From Octopus vulgaris (Eukaryota), in contig OX597823.1 in assembly GCA_951406725.2 (NCBI GenBank), positions 90,272,001-90,336,000 of the forward strand: 64,000 nt of DNA, read 5' to 3'. Positions within the stretch are counted from its first letter, which is position 1; every line of letters begins with the position of its first letter. The position numbers and the translations under genes are program-made. The notes under the pieces are model-generated. The model was not told where the DNA came from. It ran no database searches and worked only from the letters and a program-made list of their open reading frames with translations. Shown piece after piece: positions 12,043 to 25,284 of this stretch.

Positions 12043-13233
12043 AACAAACAAATAAACAATAGGTTTCTTTCAGTTTCCGTCTTAACCAAATTCACTCGCA
12101 AGGCTTTGTTTGGCTCAGGACTATAGTAGAAGACACTTGCCTGAGGTGGCATGCAGTGGGACTGAACCCACAACCATGTAGTTAGGAAGCAAACTTCTTA
12201 CCACACAGTCATTCCTGCACCTACACACACACACACACACACTTATTAAGAGTTATTGAGAGTGAAATATCTTGGACTCGGTTCTTCTCACAGCACCAAT
12301 ACCAGGGACAAGTTGTTGACCTCTTGGCTAACAACTCTGCATCTCATTAACTTAGCTAACATCACCGACAACAACCCCAGAACATTCTTTAAATAGGTTC
12401 TCTAAAACCATAACTCCCTTCACCAGAATGAAACTGCTGCAGGGTTTTTTTTTCTCTTTCTTTACCAGTAAAAACATATGGCACAAAGATTAAAAGCAGA
12501 AATATGCCATTCTTCAGTTGCCAAATCAGATGGTATTTAATTAATTACTCTGTGATGAAGTTATTAATAATGTGTTGACTGCAGATTAGCGCCATAAATA
12601 TCTTGAAATTCTAGAAGCAGATTAAATATATTGTGAAGAATTGAAAGAAAAGAAGAAGTTAATGGAGTGAATAGATATCTTCTGGAGAAAAGGAGAAAAA
12701 GAAGAGAGAAATGAAAAATGGAGAGATTAAATAAAGAAAGAGAGGAAAGATTTATAGATGTGACTCAAGGGCCTTGAATAGAGTTTCATACCAGGGTACT
12801 TGAATCAATTAGAGCTGAGACATACAGAAGTGTGTGTGTGCGTGTGTGTGCAATGATACTTAAATACGTACATACATACATACGTACATACATATATGCA
12901 TATGCACACGTGTACATATACACAAACAAAAAAATACACTTACATAAACACTCGCATATATACACACATATACACAAATATATATTTACACATTAATGCT
13001 CGTTTTTATGTTATGCTGCAAAGAGTTTTACATTAAACTGAAGGAGTGCTCAATAATTTTTGTAGAGTACAAATTCATAATTCTTAAACAAAAACATTAT
13101 TGACAGTAACTTTGAAGTTTCTGGTAGCTAAGCCATCATTGGACAGTCTGATGGTTTAGCTGGTCAAAACTTTGAAATCACTATTAACACTGTTCTTGTC
13201 AGGGAATTATATATATGTACATGATGATGATGA

Positions 13234-13270
<37 letters not shown>

Positions 13271-13416
13271 CACCATATATATATATATATACATCATATA
13301 TATATATATATATATACATATACATACACCATATATATATACACCATATATATATATATATATACATATACATACACCATATATATATATATACACCATA
13401 TATATATATATATACA

Positions 13417-13463
<47 letters not shown>

Positions 13464-13795
13464 CACACATACACCCTTTTACTTGTTTCACTCATTGGAT
13501 TACGGTCATGCTGGGGCAGTGGCTAGAAATCTTCAGGCAAACAAACTGACTCCAATACTTACTTTCCTTTTTAAGCCTAGTGCTCATTCTATCATTTCTT
13601 CTGTTGAACTGCTAAGTTATGAGGACAAAAACAAACAAACACCAATGTAGGGGATGAACACACCCACGCACGCACACTCAGACCTATGTGTATGTTTGTA
13701 TGTACAATACTGTGTGTGTGTGTGTATATATATATATACACGCGCACACATGTATATATAAATATACTCACACACAAACATATGTTGTCTATAAA

Positions 13796-13839
<44 letters not shown>

Positions 13840-14288
13840 AACATATACATGCATACATATTTATATATACACATGCACACACACACTCACATACACTCCT
13901 ATATCTAAGTTGACATTGCCAGCTGAGTTTATGATGTGTGTCACTGTCAGAAACCCTTAATTAACTTATTTCAACATTTTCGTAAACTTACTTAAGGTTA
14001 TGTCAATCTGTCTTCTTCCTAAATCTTGTGCCCCCCACCCCACCCTACTCCACCACTCCCACCATTCCACATGTTTTCAGTTTCTTTTCTTTGTCCCACC
14101 TCAAACACTTGAGATCCTGCACTAGATTATCGGCACAGATTCTTTTCTTCCTACACACCCACCTCATATCAGCTGTGAGTTTTTATAAAGCTTCAAAAAG
14201 TAAATATATGCATGTGTATGCACACACACACACACACATATATATATGAGTCTTTGTAAAACTTAAAAATATATATAAGCATGAGTAT

Positions 14289-14339
<51 letters not shown>

Positions 14340-14340
<1 letters not shown>

Positions 14341-14647
14341 TTTGTAGAAAACATAAAACTGGAGAAGAAGCACAATCTAAGATGTAGAGCAGTTAACATT
14401 TTAATGGGGGATGCAGATTTATGGGGTTACCCTGGGTTTCCCGTCCATAAGGGGTTTAGCCTTACGGTGTATGATCAAACTCCAAAACTTGTTGGCCTAA
14501 GACCTCTTCAAAATATGGAGGGGGAGAATGCCTTCACCTATTGTTTACCTTTTTAGTAAGGAATTTTTCCCCTCCATATTTTGAAGAGGTCTTAGGCCAA
14601 CAAGTTTTGGAGACTGATGGTATGCCGCAAGGCCAAACCCCTTATGG
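14340..14647. mobile_element. Inverted-repeat Penelope-like relic with decayed hammerhead (14423-14483, minus)
   Basis: Arms 14445-14525 and 14563-14647, including a perfect 44-bp core (14480-14523 / 14569-14612); minus strand reads GGAGT-TTGATCA...CCGTAAGG...CCTTATGG...GAAA-CCCAGGG-TA-ACCCC. Confidence 0.6.
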
Positions 14648-14909
14648 TGCACCTTGTCCATCACCACTAGGTCCGGTGTGTTATGCTCTGGCACCTGATC
14701 TGTTTGGATTGGGAAATCCCAGAAGATTTTGCTAGTCTCTGTGGTTTGTGCTTATAGCATGTCTTGCCCCTCTCTAGCCCTCATTTTTTGCACAGTTTCC
14801 AATGTAGTGATTTCAGGCAAGTCTAGGGCATTTGTTTGTGATATGAGCAATGGTTTCATCTACTGTGTTGCAGATGTGGCACAGCAGAGACATATATTAT
14901 TATTTATTA

Positions 14910-14950
<41 letters not shown>

Positions 14951-14952
<2 letters not shown>

Positions 14953-15183
14953 GGCAGTAAACTGGCAGAATCATTAGCACACGGGGCGAAATGCTTAGTG
15001 GTATTTCATCAGTCTTTAAATTCTGAGTTCAAATTCCACCAAGGTCGACTTTGCCTTTCATCCTTTCGGGGTCGATAAATTAAGTACCAGTTACGCACTG
15101 GGGTCAATGTAATCGACTTAATCCCTTTGTCTGTCCTTGTTTGTCCCCTCTAGTTTAGCCCCTTGTGGGCAGTAAAGAAATAA
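14951..15183 (+). mobile_element. SINE family B, full length with ...gccccttgtgggcagtaaagaaataa tail
   Basis: Complete copy followed by a tandem partial copy (15184-15300). Confidence 0.88.
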
Positions 15184-15348
15184 GAAACGTTAGCACACTG
15201 GGCGAAATGCTTAGTGGTATTTTGCTCATCTTTACATTCTGAGTTCAAATCCCAGCAAGGTTGACTTTGCTTTTCATTCTTTTGGGGTCAATAAATTAAG
15301 AATCTAAGGATGAACAAAGTGCTGCTAAGCATTTTGGACAACAACAAC

Positions 15349-15383
<35 letters not shown>

Positions 15384-15874
15384 TGATGATTGTATATATG
15401 TGTGTGTGTGAGAAGATTTATAATCTGCTATTGTCTTTAAAATTTTGTGACATTGTTGGCATTTGTGTGTCAAGAAATTATCCAGTAGCTTTGCTTTTTC
15501 AAATGCAAATGAAATGAAAATTGCCATCATTGAAGAACAGGTAAGGGTTAGCTACAGAAAGAGCATGCAGCCGTAAAAAGAAATATCAATGCTTTCAATA
15601 ATATGCATTCATCTCACCCCATGCCATCTTTGATAAATGGACATAAAATGAATAATCAAATGAAGATATGTATGTATGTATGTGTGTGTGTGTGTGTGTG
15701 TGTAACAACAACAACAACATTTAAAGGTGTCTAAACGTCAGTGATGAGTTGCTTTTAATAAAATTATAATTTTCAGACTTAACCTTGTCTTCAGAGATCA
15801 AAACAAGACACACATACATACACAGAAACCCAACCCCCAGCAAAAAAAAAAGCAAAAAGAAAAAAAATTGAAAT

Positions 15875-15954
<80 letters not shown>

Positions 15955-17040
15955 CTCTTTCATCTTTAAAGTTGAGGTTAATAGTCTCAAGATCATAATC
16001 TTATAAACAACTTTTTTTTCTCTCTCTTTATGTCAACTGACATAGAACGAGTTAAGCCTGGCAGAGGAAAATATATTTCTTTTTCAACTTATTTTACAGT
16101 TTAACCACAGGTCAAACCTCAGTGATCAGGCATGATGAAAAGATTTCTCAAACACGAGCATCCTGTTATCATCATCGTCATCATCACCATCACCATCATC
16201 ATCATCGTTTAACGTTCGTTCTCCATGCTAGCATGGGTTGGACGGTTCGACCGGGGATCTGGGAAGCCTGGAGGCTGCACCAGGCTCCAGTCTTATCTGG
16301 CAATGTTTCTACAGCTGGATGCCCTTCCTAATGCCAACCACTCCGTGAGTGTAGTGGGTGCTTTTTACATGCCACCCGCACAGGTGCCAGGCGAGGCTGG
16401 TGCCTCAACAGGTCTTTGTGTCCAAGGGAGGAAAGGCATGCATAAGTGGGCTGGGCTCACTTGTCCTGCCTGGTCTTCTCACGTACAGCATATTTCCAAA
16501 GGTCTCGGTTGCTGGTCATTTCCTCAGTGAGGCCTAAAGTTCGAATAATAATAATTATTATTATCATTATTATTATTATTATATTATTATTATTATTATT
16601 GTTATTATTATTATTATTATGAAGGTAGTGAATCGGCAGAATTGTTAGCATGCCAGAGAAAATGCTTGGAGGCATTACATCTGTCTCAATTTCCTCCAAA
16701 TTCAACTTTACCTTTCATCTTTTCGGGAGTTGATAAATTAAGTACCAGTTGCATACTGGGGTTCTCCCTCCCCACACAAATTTCAGGCCTTGTGCCTTTA
16801 GTAGAAAGGATTATTATGATGATGATGATGAAGGCAGAGAGCAGGCAGAATTGTTGATATGCCAGACAAAATGTTTTAGCAGCATTTTGTGTCTGTCTGT
16901 CTGTCTGTGTGTTCTGAGCTCAAATGCTGCCGAGGTCAACTTTGCCTTCCATCCTTTTCGGGCTGAGGATTATCGCTGTTGTTACTATTATTATTATTAT
17001 TATTATTATTATTATCATTATTATTATTATTATTATTATT

Positions 17041-17428
17041 AAGGAGAGTGCTATCTGATAGCAAGTTTTCTGAAAGGTGGGTGAATTGTGCAAGAATGGC
17101 CAGTATAAATGGACCAATTCTGAGGTTTCGCCTGTAATTGAAAAAGGTATTATAAAAGGAGAAAGGGGCTCTCTACCCCACTTTTGACCAGGCTCCCGTG
17201 GCCTTTACGGATTTTTCCACGTGAGATCTTTTCTTTTTTCGAAGCGTCTCCTCTATTGGGAGTTTTGTAAATTGTTGAATTTTTTTTTTTCGTTGTTATA
17301 AAGCTTGTTTACATAGACTTTTTTTTCTTTTCGAAAAACGGACAAAACCTTTTGTAACCTTTCATCCTATTTTGTCCCTTTATGTTTTCCAATCATGTTT
17401 GTCAGCCCTTGTGGCCAATAAAAGAATT
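17041..17428 (+). mobile_element. 3' end of a Tx1/L1-like LINE
   Basis: Degenerate ORF2 C-terminus plus U-rich 3' UTR ending gcccttgtggccaataaaagaa; homologous to 37335-37750 (-). Confidence 0.55.
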
Positions 17429-17429
17429 A

Positions 17430-17461
<32 letters not shown>

Positions 17462-18198
17462 CGTTGTTGTTATTATTATTATTAATATTATTATTATTAT
17501 CGTTGTTGTTATTATTATTGTGGAAAGCTGGTAGAAACATTAGTATATCAGACAAAAGGCTTTTAATAGTGTTTCATTTGGCTCTCTATGTTCTCGGCTC
17601 AAATCTCACCAAGGTCAACTTTGCCTTTTATTCTTTCGGGGTCAGTAAAATGAGTTCCAGTCCTGGGATCTAAGTAATTGACCAGACCTCTCCCTCTAAA
17701 TTCCAGACCTTGTGCTGATAGCAGATGTGGCCTATGACAGTACCGCCTGATTGACACTCATGCCAATGGAATGTTATAAGCACATCCGAGCGTGATTATT
17801 ACCAAGGCCACAGATTGGTTCCTGTGCCGGTGGCGCATAAAAAGCACCATTTGAGCGTGATCGTTGCCAGCGTTGCCTTACCAGCATGTGCTGGTGGCAC
17901 ATGAAAAACAGTATTCGAGCATGGTTGTTGCCAGTGCCACTGGACTGGCTCCCATGCAGGTAGCACGTAAAAAACACCTTTTGAGCATGGCCCTTGTGCC
18001 AGTGGCATGTAAAAGCACCCACTACACTCTCGGAATGGTTGGTGTTAGGAAGGGCATCCAGCTGTAGAAACTTTACCAGATCAGATTGGAGCCTGGTACA
18101 GCCTTCTGGCTTGCCAGTCCTCAGTCAAACCATCCAACACATGCCATGGAAAACAGATGTTAAACGACAACGACGATGATGATGATGATAATAACAAC

Positions 18199-18238
<40 letters not shown>

Positions 18239-18738
18239 GCAAGAAAAAACAAAAACATCCATCAAAATTAAAAAGAAAACTATATTTTCCCCGGTGGTTT
18301 CTCGTTCATTAGTCAGTGTATATATGTGTGTATATAGATGTATTTATAAGTATATAACTGTATATAGACGTATATAAATATGTTTCCAATAATTTCACGC
18401 TTTGCTGACGGAATATTTATGTTGATGCTTGACAAAGAGTAAAACAATAAGTTGGAGTGTTAATAAGGTCTTTAACACGGAGGTGGCCCAGATGAAGCAT
18501 GCTGGGAAGGATATAGACCCTCCCTCCATCACACACACACCTCGCTGGAAACTTGTTGGACGCGGTGAAGTGTCTCTTGCTCTGTGTGTGTGTGTGTGAG
18601 AGAGAGAGAGATTATGGCTGTATATGAGTGTGTTTGTTTCTGCGGTAGTCTGTGTGTGTGTGTGTATGTGTATGTGACAATGTGTGAATATGTAAGTGTG
18701 TGTATGTGACAGTGTGCAACTCTATATTATTGTTATTC

Positions 18739-18771
<33 letters not shown>

Positions 18772-18884
18772 AAGACAGAAAATGGGTGTAAGTCTGTCTG
18801 TGTGAGAGAGTGTGTGTGTTACTGTGAATGTATGTGACTGTGTGTATATGTTATTGTCAGTGCATGTGATTCCGTTACACTTAC

Positions 18885-18922
<38 letters not shown>

Positions 18923-19493
18923 TGTGTGTGTGTGTTATTGTTAGTATATGTGAATCTGTTACTCTCACTGTGTGTGTGTGAGAGAGAAAGAATGTGTGTT
19001 TGTGTGTGTGTGAGGGAGAGAGAGAATATATATGTGTGTGTATGTATTGTTAGTATATTTGATTCTGTTACTCTCACTGTGTGTGAGAGAGAGAGAGAGA
19101 GAGAACGTGTGTGTGTGTGTGATGGTGGGAACTGAGTTCCTGGAAACTGTGTAATGACCGATAGATATATGGGTTTTGATAAATTGGAACATTATTACTG
19201 GGGTAGTTTGAGGACAGGCAAGGAGAAGAGCTGCTTGGAATTGCACTGAGCAAAGAAGCCATCCTTGATGGTGCCAGTGGAGAGCAACAACAACAACAAA
19301 AAGCAAAAAAGAAAATATAATTATTTTTTTGAAAATGGGGGAAAATAAAAAGAGATCTTTTTTATGGAATTGTTATATTTTATTGTCTGTATTTACCTGT
19401 TTGACATTTGTTATTAAACACCTTCATACTCCATCATCATGGAACAACAACAACATCAACATCAACAACTACAGTAAGGCCACCTCTGCTTGC

Positions 19494-20346
19494 TACCACC
19501 ACCACCACCACTACCATCACCACCACCACTACCATCACAACCATTACCACAATTACCACCACCACCACCACTACCATCACCACCACCACTACCATCACAA
19601 CCATTACCACAATTACCACCACCACCACCACTACCATCACAACCATTACCACAATTACCACCACCACTACCATCACAACCATTACCACAATTACCACCAC
19701 CACCACCACTACCATCACAACCATTACCACAATTACCACCACCACCACTACCATCACAACCATTACCACAATTACCACCACCACCACTACCATCACAACC
19801 ATTACCACAATTACCACCACCTCCACCACCACTGCTACTACCATCACAACCTCTGTCACCACCACTACCATCACAACCATTACCACAATTACCACCACTG
19901 CTACTACCATCACAACCTCTGTCACCACCACTACCATTACCACAATTACCACCTCCACCACCACCACCACCACCACCACCACCACCACCACCACCACCAC
20001 TACTACCATCACAACCTCTATCACCACCACTACCATCACAACCATTACCACAATTACCACCACCACCACTGCTACTACCATCACAACCTCTGTCACCACC
20101 ACTACCATTACCACAATTACCACCTCCACCACCACCACCACCACCACCACTGCTACTACCATCACAACCTCTGTCACCACCACTACCATTACCACAATTA
20201 CCACCTCCACCACCACCACCACTGCTACTACCATCACAACCTCTATCACCACCACTACCATCACAACCATTACCACAATTACCACCACCACCACCACCAC
20301 TGCTACTACCATCATAACCTCTGTCACTACCACCACCACCACCACC
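19494..20346. repeat. (ACC)n-based minisatellite with ~36-45-bp higher-order unit (ctaccatcacaaccattaccacaattaccacc...)
   Basis: Unit recurs roughly 15-20 times; later units gain ctgcta/ctctgt variants; length changes are multiples of 3. Confidence 0.95.
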
Positions 20347-20951
20347 ATTGACAGCATTGACAGCAGCAGCAGCAGCAGTTGTCTTGTTGCAACTGAAGAC
20401 TTGTTAACATTTCATAGGAAATAAATGTCAGGGGAAAAAGATGAGGTAAATTTAATGAAGTGATTAATGTCGACTTAATGAAGCTGCTTTAAGAGAGGAG
20501 AACGAACACTATCAACCATCGACCGATAATAACAAATTACTGTCTCTCTCTCTCTCTCTCTCTGTTTGTGATTGCTAGTGTATGTGTACTTGGGCTGTGT
20601 GGTAAGAAGTTTGCTTCCCAACCACATGGTTCCAGGTTCAGTCCCCCCCTTGCGTGCCACCTTGGGCAAGTTTTTTCTACTATAGCCTTGGGCCAGCCAA
20701 AGCCTTGTCAGTAGATTTGGTAGATGGAAACTTAATGTCCCCTCTCTCTCTTTCGGAGAGGTACAAGCACCTACACGCACATAAACACACACGGCAGTAA
20801 CTTCCACCTACCGAATTCAATCACAAAGCTTCGGTCGGCCCAGGGCTATAGCAGAAGACACTTGCCCAAATTGCCACGCAATGGGACTGAACCCGAAACC
20901 ATATAGCTAGGAAGCAAGCTCCCTAACCACCCAATTTATATACATGCATGC

Positions 20952-21012
<61 letters not shown>

Positions 21013-21737
21013 CACACACACACACATACATATATATATGAGAATATTCTGTAAACAAATTTATAAGTGCTGAGGGAGTTGGTATTCTGCAGAAAATAAA
21101 TTCTCAAATGCAGAGTAAAAAAAATTTTTAAACATACTTTTGCGCTGTTTCCACTTTAACTTGTTACCTGTGTGTGTGTGCGCGCGTGTGTGTGTATATA
21201 ATAGGCACAAGGATGGCTGTGTGGTAAGAAATTTGCTTCCCAAGCCCATGGTTCTTGTTTCAGTCCTGCTACATAGAATTTTGGACAAGGATCTTTTACT
21301 ATAGTTTTGGGACAACCAAAGCCTTATGAGTAGATTTGGTTGGTAGAAACTGAAAGAAGCCCATCACATACATAAGCACCATTCAAGCATAGGCTGTCAG
21401 TGCCATTTGGTTGGCTCCCCATACTGGTGGCACGTAAAAAGCACCATCTGAACATGGTCAATACTAGTTCCTGCCCTGACTGATTCCTGTGCTGGTGGCA
21501 TGTAAAAAGCATCATCAGAATGTGGTCGATGCCAGTACCAACTGACTAGCTCCCATGCCAGTGGCACGTAAAAAGCACCCACTACACTCTCAGAGTGGTT
21601 GGCATTAGGAAGAGCATCCAGCTGTAGAAACCTTGCCAGATCACATTGGAGCCTGACGCAGCCATCTGGCTTGCCAGTCCCCAGTCAAACTGTCCAACCC
21701 ATGCCAGCATGGAAAATGGACGTTAAACAATGATGAT

Positions 21738-22250
21738 GTGGAAACACCTAGCATCATAGCATCATAATTTTGAAATATCTATAAAACCATCAAAAGCTTG
21801 TTTATTTTTATGTTTGATTTATTATTAGTGTTGTTTAATATGTTTTGCTAAAATTGCTGTTTCTTTTCAGGTATCATCAGAAAAAGGTAATTAAAATTAA
21901 TTAAAATGACAGATCTATTGGACTTTCAAAGAGGTCAAATTGTTGGTGCTCGTATGGTAGGTGCTAACATAACAAAAACAGCCAAAATGTTTGGTATATC
22001 AAGAAGTACTGTCTTGAAAGTAATGACAGCCTTTGAAAAAGAGGGAAAAAACTTCCTTGTCGAAACAAAACTCTAGAAGAAAACCAAAACTTTCAGATAG
22101 GGACTGTTGGACTCTTACACGAATTGTTGGAAAGGATCACAAAAATACAGCTCCCAAAATTATTGCAGAGCTTAATGACCACCTCGAGAACCCAGTTTCC
22201 ACAAAAACTGTTTGCTGGGAGCTGCATAAAGCCAGATTTCATGGGAGAGC
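21738..22250 (+). pseudogene. Tc1-family transposase N-terminal fragment
   Basis: ATG at 21906: MTDLLDFQRGQIVGARMVGANITKTAKMFGISRSTVLKV (HTH), one frameshift, then RKPKLSDRD...TAPKIIAELN...VSTKTVCWELHKARFHGRA; truncated before the DDE domain. Confidence 0.88.
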
Positions 22251-23228
22251 TTTGCAATCCAAAGTAATGTTGCTGAATATCTCTCGTTGTGAGATTTAAA
22301 AATAGTAAGACACAGCATTGTTTACCACTGTATTCTAATGGCTCATTTACTTTCTATTCTGTTAGTTACCTGTTTATTGAAGCTTTCCTTTGGGAACCTG
22401 GGCCTATTTAACCCTTCGACTAACCATATCATTATCAAGGTTGCTTACATGTGATCCTTACAGAGTAATGTTGGTTACACTGATGTGTAACCTTTAAGAT
22501 TACTTATCAGAGCATGTCTACCACACACTGGTGGGTCTGAGTGACATGTGTCTGGGGGGTCAGCCCCCCTCTGACTCCTAAATGCATTAGCTACAGAACC
22601 TTCTTCTGCTATTTGACCTTTAATTGGGGCCCTTGATACGTAATGCTGCCCTGGGCCAGAGTAGATCTGCTTTACAATGTGCACTCATATTGTTTAGTCC
22701 CTCATCCAGGGTTGGTGCTAGGATTTTCAGCACCCAGTCCTATCCCTACAATGGGCACACATCCTTCTCTGAGTCCTAAAAATGTGCTGACTAAAGGATA
22801 ATTCCAGACTCTCTTGAATTAATGAACTCCCAAGCTGGAGCCTCACTGCTAGATGCAGTTTAATGTCTTGCCCGGCATTAATACAGGTACTATCACCCTG
22901 GGGCCAGATCAGGCCTGGGAGTAGTGATAACTAAGTAGTAACACTACTGTTCAAAACTCCTCAACTCCTGAGATGGTCTCTCACTCCCAGATGAAGTCGA
23001 ATGTCTTGTCCAGAAGAAGAAGTGTATCTGGCTGTGGACAAACTGGCTCAGCAAATTTCGTCTGACACATGAAAAGCTTGGAAAAGTGGACGTTAAAATA
23101 ATGATAATATATTTAGTCATAATTATTTTTACTGCATTTCTCGACTGGTGTAAAGGTTGGGTAATGACTGGGAGAACCATATAAAAAAAGGCATACATAG
23201 TAGGGTTTAGAAGAAAGGGATACATTAA

Positions 23229-23448
23229 CCCTTTAGTGTTCAGATTACTCTGTTAAATGTAATACTTTTTCACTCAAATTGTTTCGAATTAATCATGCAT
23301 TATGTTATATCTTTGAGGTTTCAATGATGTGATTGTCTATTTTTAGAATGTCAATGTAGGTTAGGTGTAAGAGGCTGGATGTGGCCAGTTTGAATATAAA
23401 ACATGTAGAATATCTGGGCCTGATATGGCCGGTTTAAACACTAAAGGG
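23229..23448. mobile_element. piggyBac-like MITE
   Basis: TTAA on both sides; 12-bp TIR CCCTTTAGTGTT / AACACTAAAGGG. Confidence 0.85.
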
Positions 23449-23513
23449 TTAAAGGGCTGGCAAAAGGGTGAGTGCTTTATGTAGGACTGGAAAAAAGGAG
23501 TGAACATTTGTAC

Positions 23514-24020
23514 GGGCTGGACTAGGCTATTGAAAATCCTTGCACTAACCTGGATGTGGGATTAAACTATATGAATGTGTAAGGCTAAGAGTGAATATTG
23601 TAGGGGCTGGATTAGGGTACTGAAAGTCCTTGCACTAACCTGGATGTGGGATCAAAATACATGGGTGTGTAAGGCTAGGAGTGAATATTGTAGGAATATC
23701 AAGGCGGAGAGCCGGCAGAATCGTTAGCACGCTGGGCGAAATGCTTAGTGGTATTTCATCTGTCTTTACATTCTGAGTTCAAATTCTGCTGAGGTCGATT
23801 TTGCCTTTCATCCTTTCGGGGTCGATGAATTAAGTACCAGTTACACACGGGTCGATGTAATCGACTTAATCCCTTTGACTGCCCTTTTTTGTCCCCTCTA
23901 TGTTTAGCCCCTTGTGGGTAATAAAGAAATAAGAATATTGTAGGGGCTGGACTGGGGTATTGAAAATCCTTGCACCAACCTGGATGTGGGATTAAACTAC
24001 ATGGGTGTGTAAAGCTAGGA
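23514..24020. repeat. ~90-bp minisatellite (3 units) interrupted by a SINE
   Basis: Unit ggctggactag..gaaaatccttgcactaacctggatgtgggattaaactacatg...gtgaatattgtagg; a related inverted sequence lies at ~22700-22770. Confidence 0.8.
23695..23932 (+). mobile_element. SINE family B with 12-bp TSD
   Basis: TSD GAATATTGTAGG at 23683-23694 and 23933-23944. Confidence 0.92.
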
Positions 24021-25245
24021 GGAGGATGCATACCCATTGTTGGGCTGGCAGAAGTGTGGGTGCTCAGTATAGGGAGAAGGGTGGGTGTCCATTATAGGGA
24101 TGAAAGAAGAATGTTTGTCTATTGTAGGACTGGGAAACAGGAGTACTCACTGTAGAGGTGTTGGGTATCGAAAATCTAAGCAGCGGCCCTGGGTGTGAGG
24201 TTAAAAATCAACAGAAACGACAATAACAATCTGGGTGGATCTAAATGGGTTCTGTCCCTCCCTTCTTCAGATTTACCAATAATAAATTAAAGACCTCCAT
24301 TTCACAGGAAATTGATTGTCGATTACTTTGTCAGACATAAATAAATGAACAAACTGCAGCCGCCAAGACGAGCAGTGCATTGAGCCAGCGGTTGGACAGC
24401 TTCCACCAGTCAATAACAGGTCAATCTGGGAAGAGGTGTCGGAGCTAAAGTTTCCAAGGTGTGAGATTCTTGTGCTTATCTTATCAGAGAAGTACAAAGC
24501 AGCTGTTTCAATATTTATTCTGTCTTTTTACAGGAATTTATTAAGAGATTCTTCAATCTCGCAAAGTGTGAAGAATTTAATATTCTCATTACGAGAGCTC
24601 TGGGATCTGTTACAGTGTTTGCAGTTATGATTTATTTACTTTATCTGCTTTTGTATTTATATATATATTTTTTATTGATTAATTCCCTCATTACATGGTG
24701 GTGGTGAAGGTGGCAGTGACGGTGGTGATGGCTGTCGGTGGGAAAGAAGAGAACCTGAGGATGGAGATGAGGCAATGTGGGCGGTAATAGGAGAAACGTA
24801 AGAAATTGGTTACAAATCAACTGGAAATGATTATTTTTATTGTTGTTGTTATTATTATTTTCATTATTATTAATATTATTGTTGCTATTATCATCAATAT
24901 AATTATTGTTATTATTATTATTGTTATTATTATTATTATTATGATTATTATTGCTATTTAAGATGTTATTGGACAGACATATTTATCTGTCTGCTACACT
25001 TTGTATGGTTGTGTGGTTAAGGCTTGCAAGTTGAGTGCATCGATGATGAACACAGCTTTTTTCTTCCCCCCTTTCATATTGAAATATTTATACACATACA
25101 CACCTGTATATACACTCATTTATACACACATATATCATTTATACACACATATATCTTCGAATGTTTAAAATGACACCCTTCACTTGCAATGTCATTAATA
25201 ATTTTTGACAGAAAACAACAAAAAAAACCCAACACTATTTTTATA

Positions 25246-25284
<39 letters not shown>

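Noticed and set aside
14578-14605. TTGAAGA-GGTC-TTA-GGCC-AACA as a separate hammerhead
   Set aside because: No GAAA or matching stem I; the better-supported register is 14423-14483.
18556-18576. Partial resemblance to miR-124 (acgcggtgaa)
   Set aside because: Seed region absent and no supporting hairpin.
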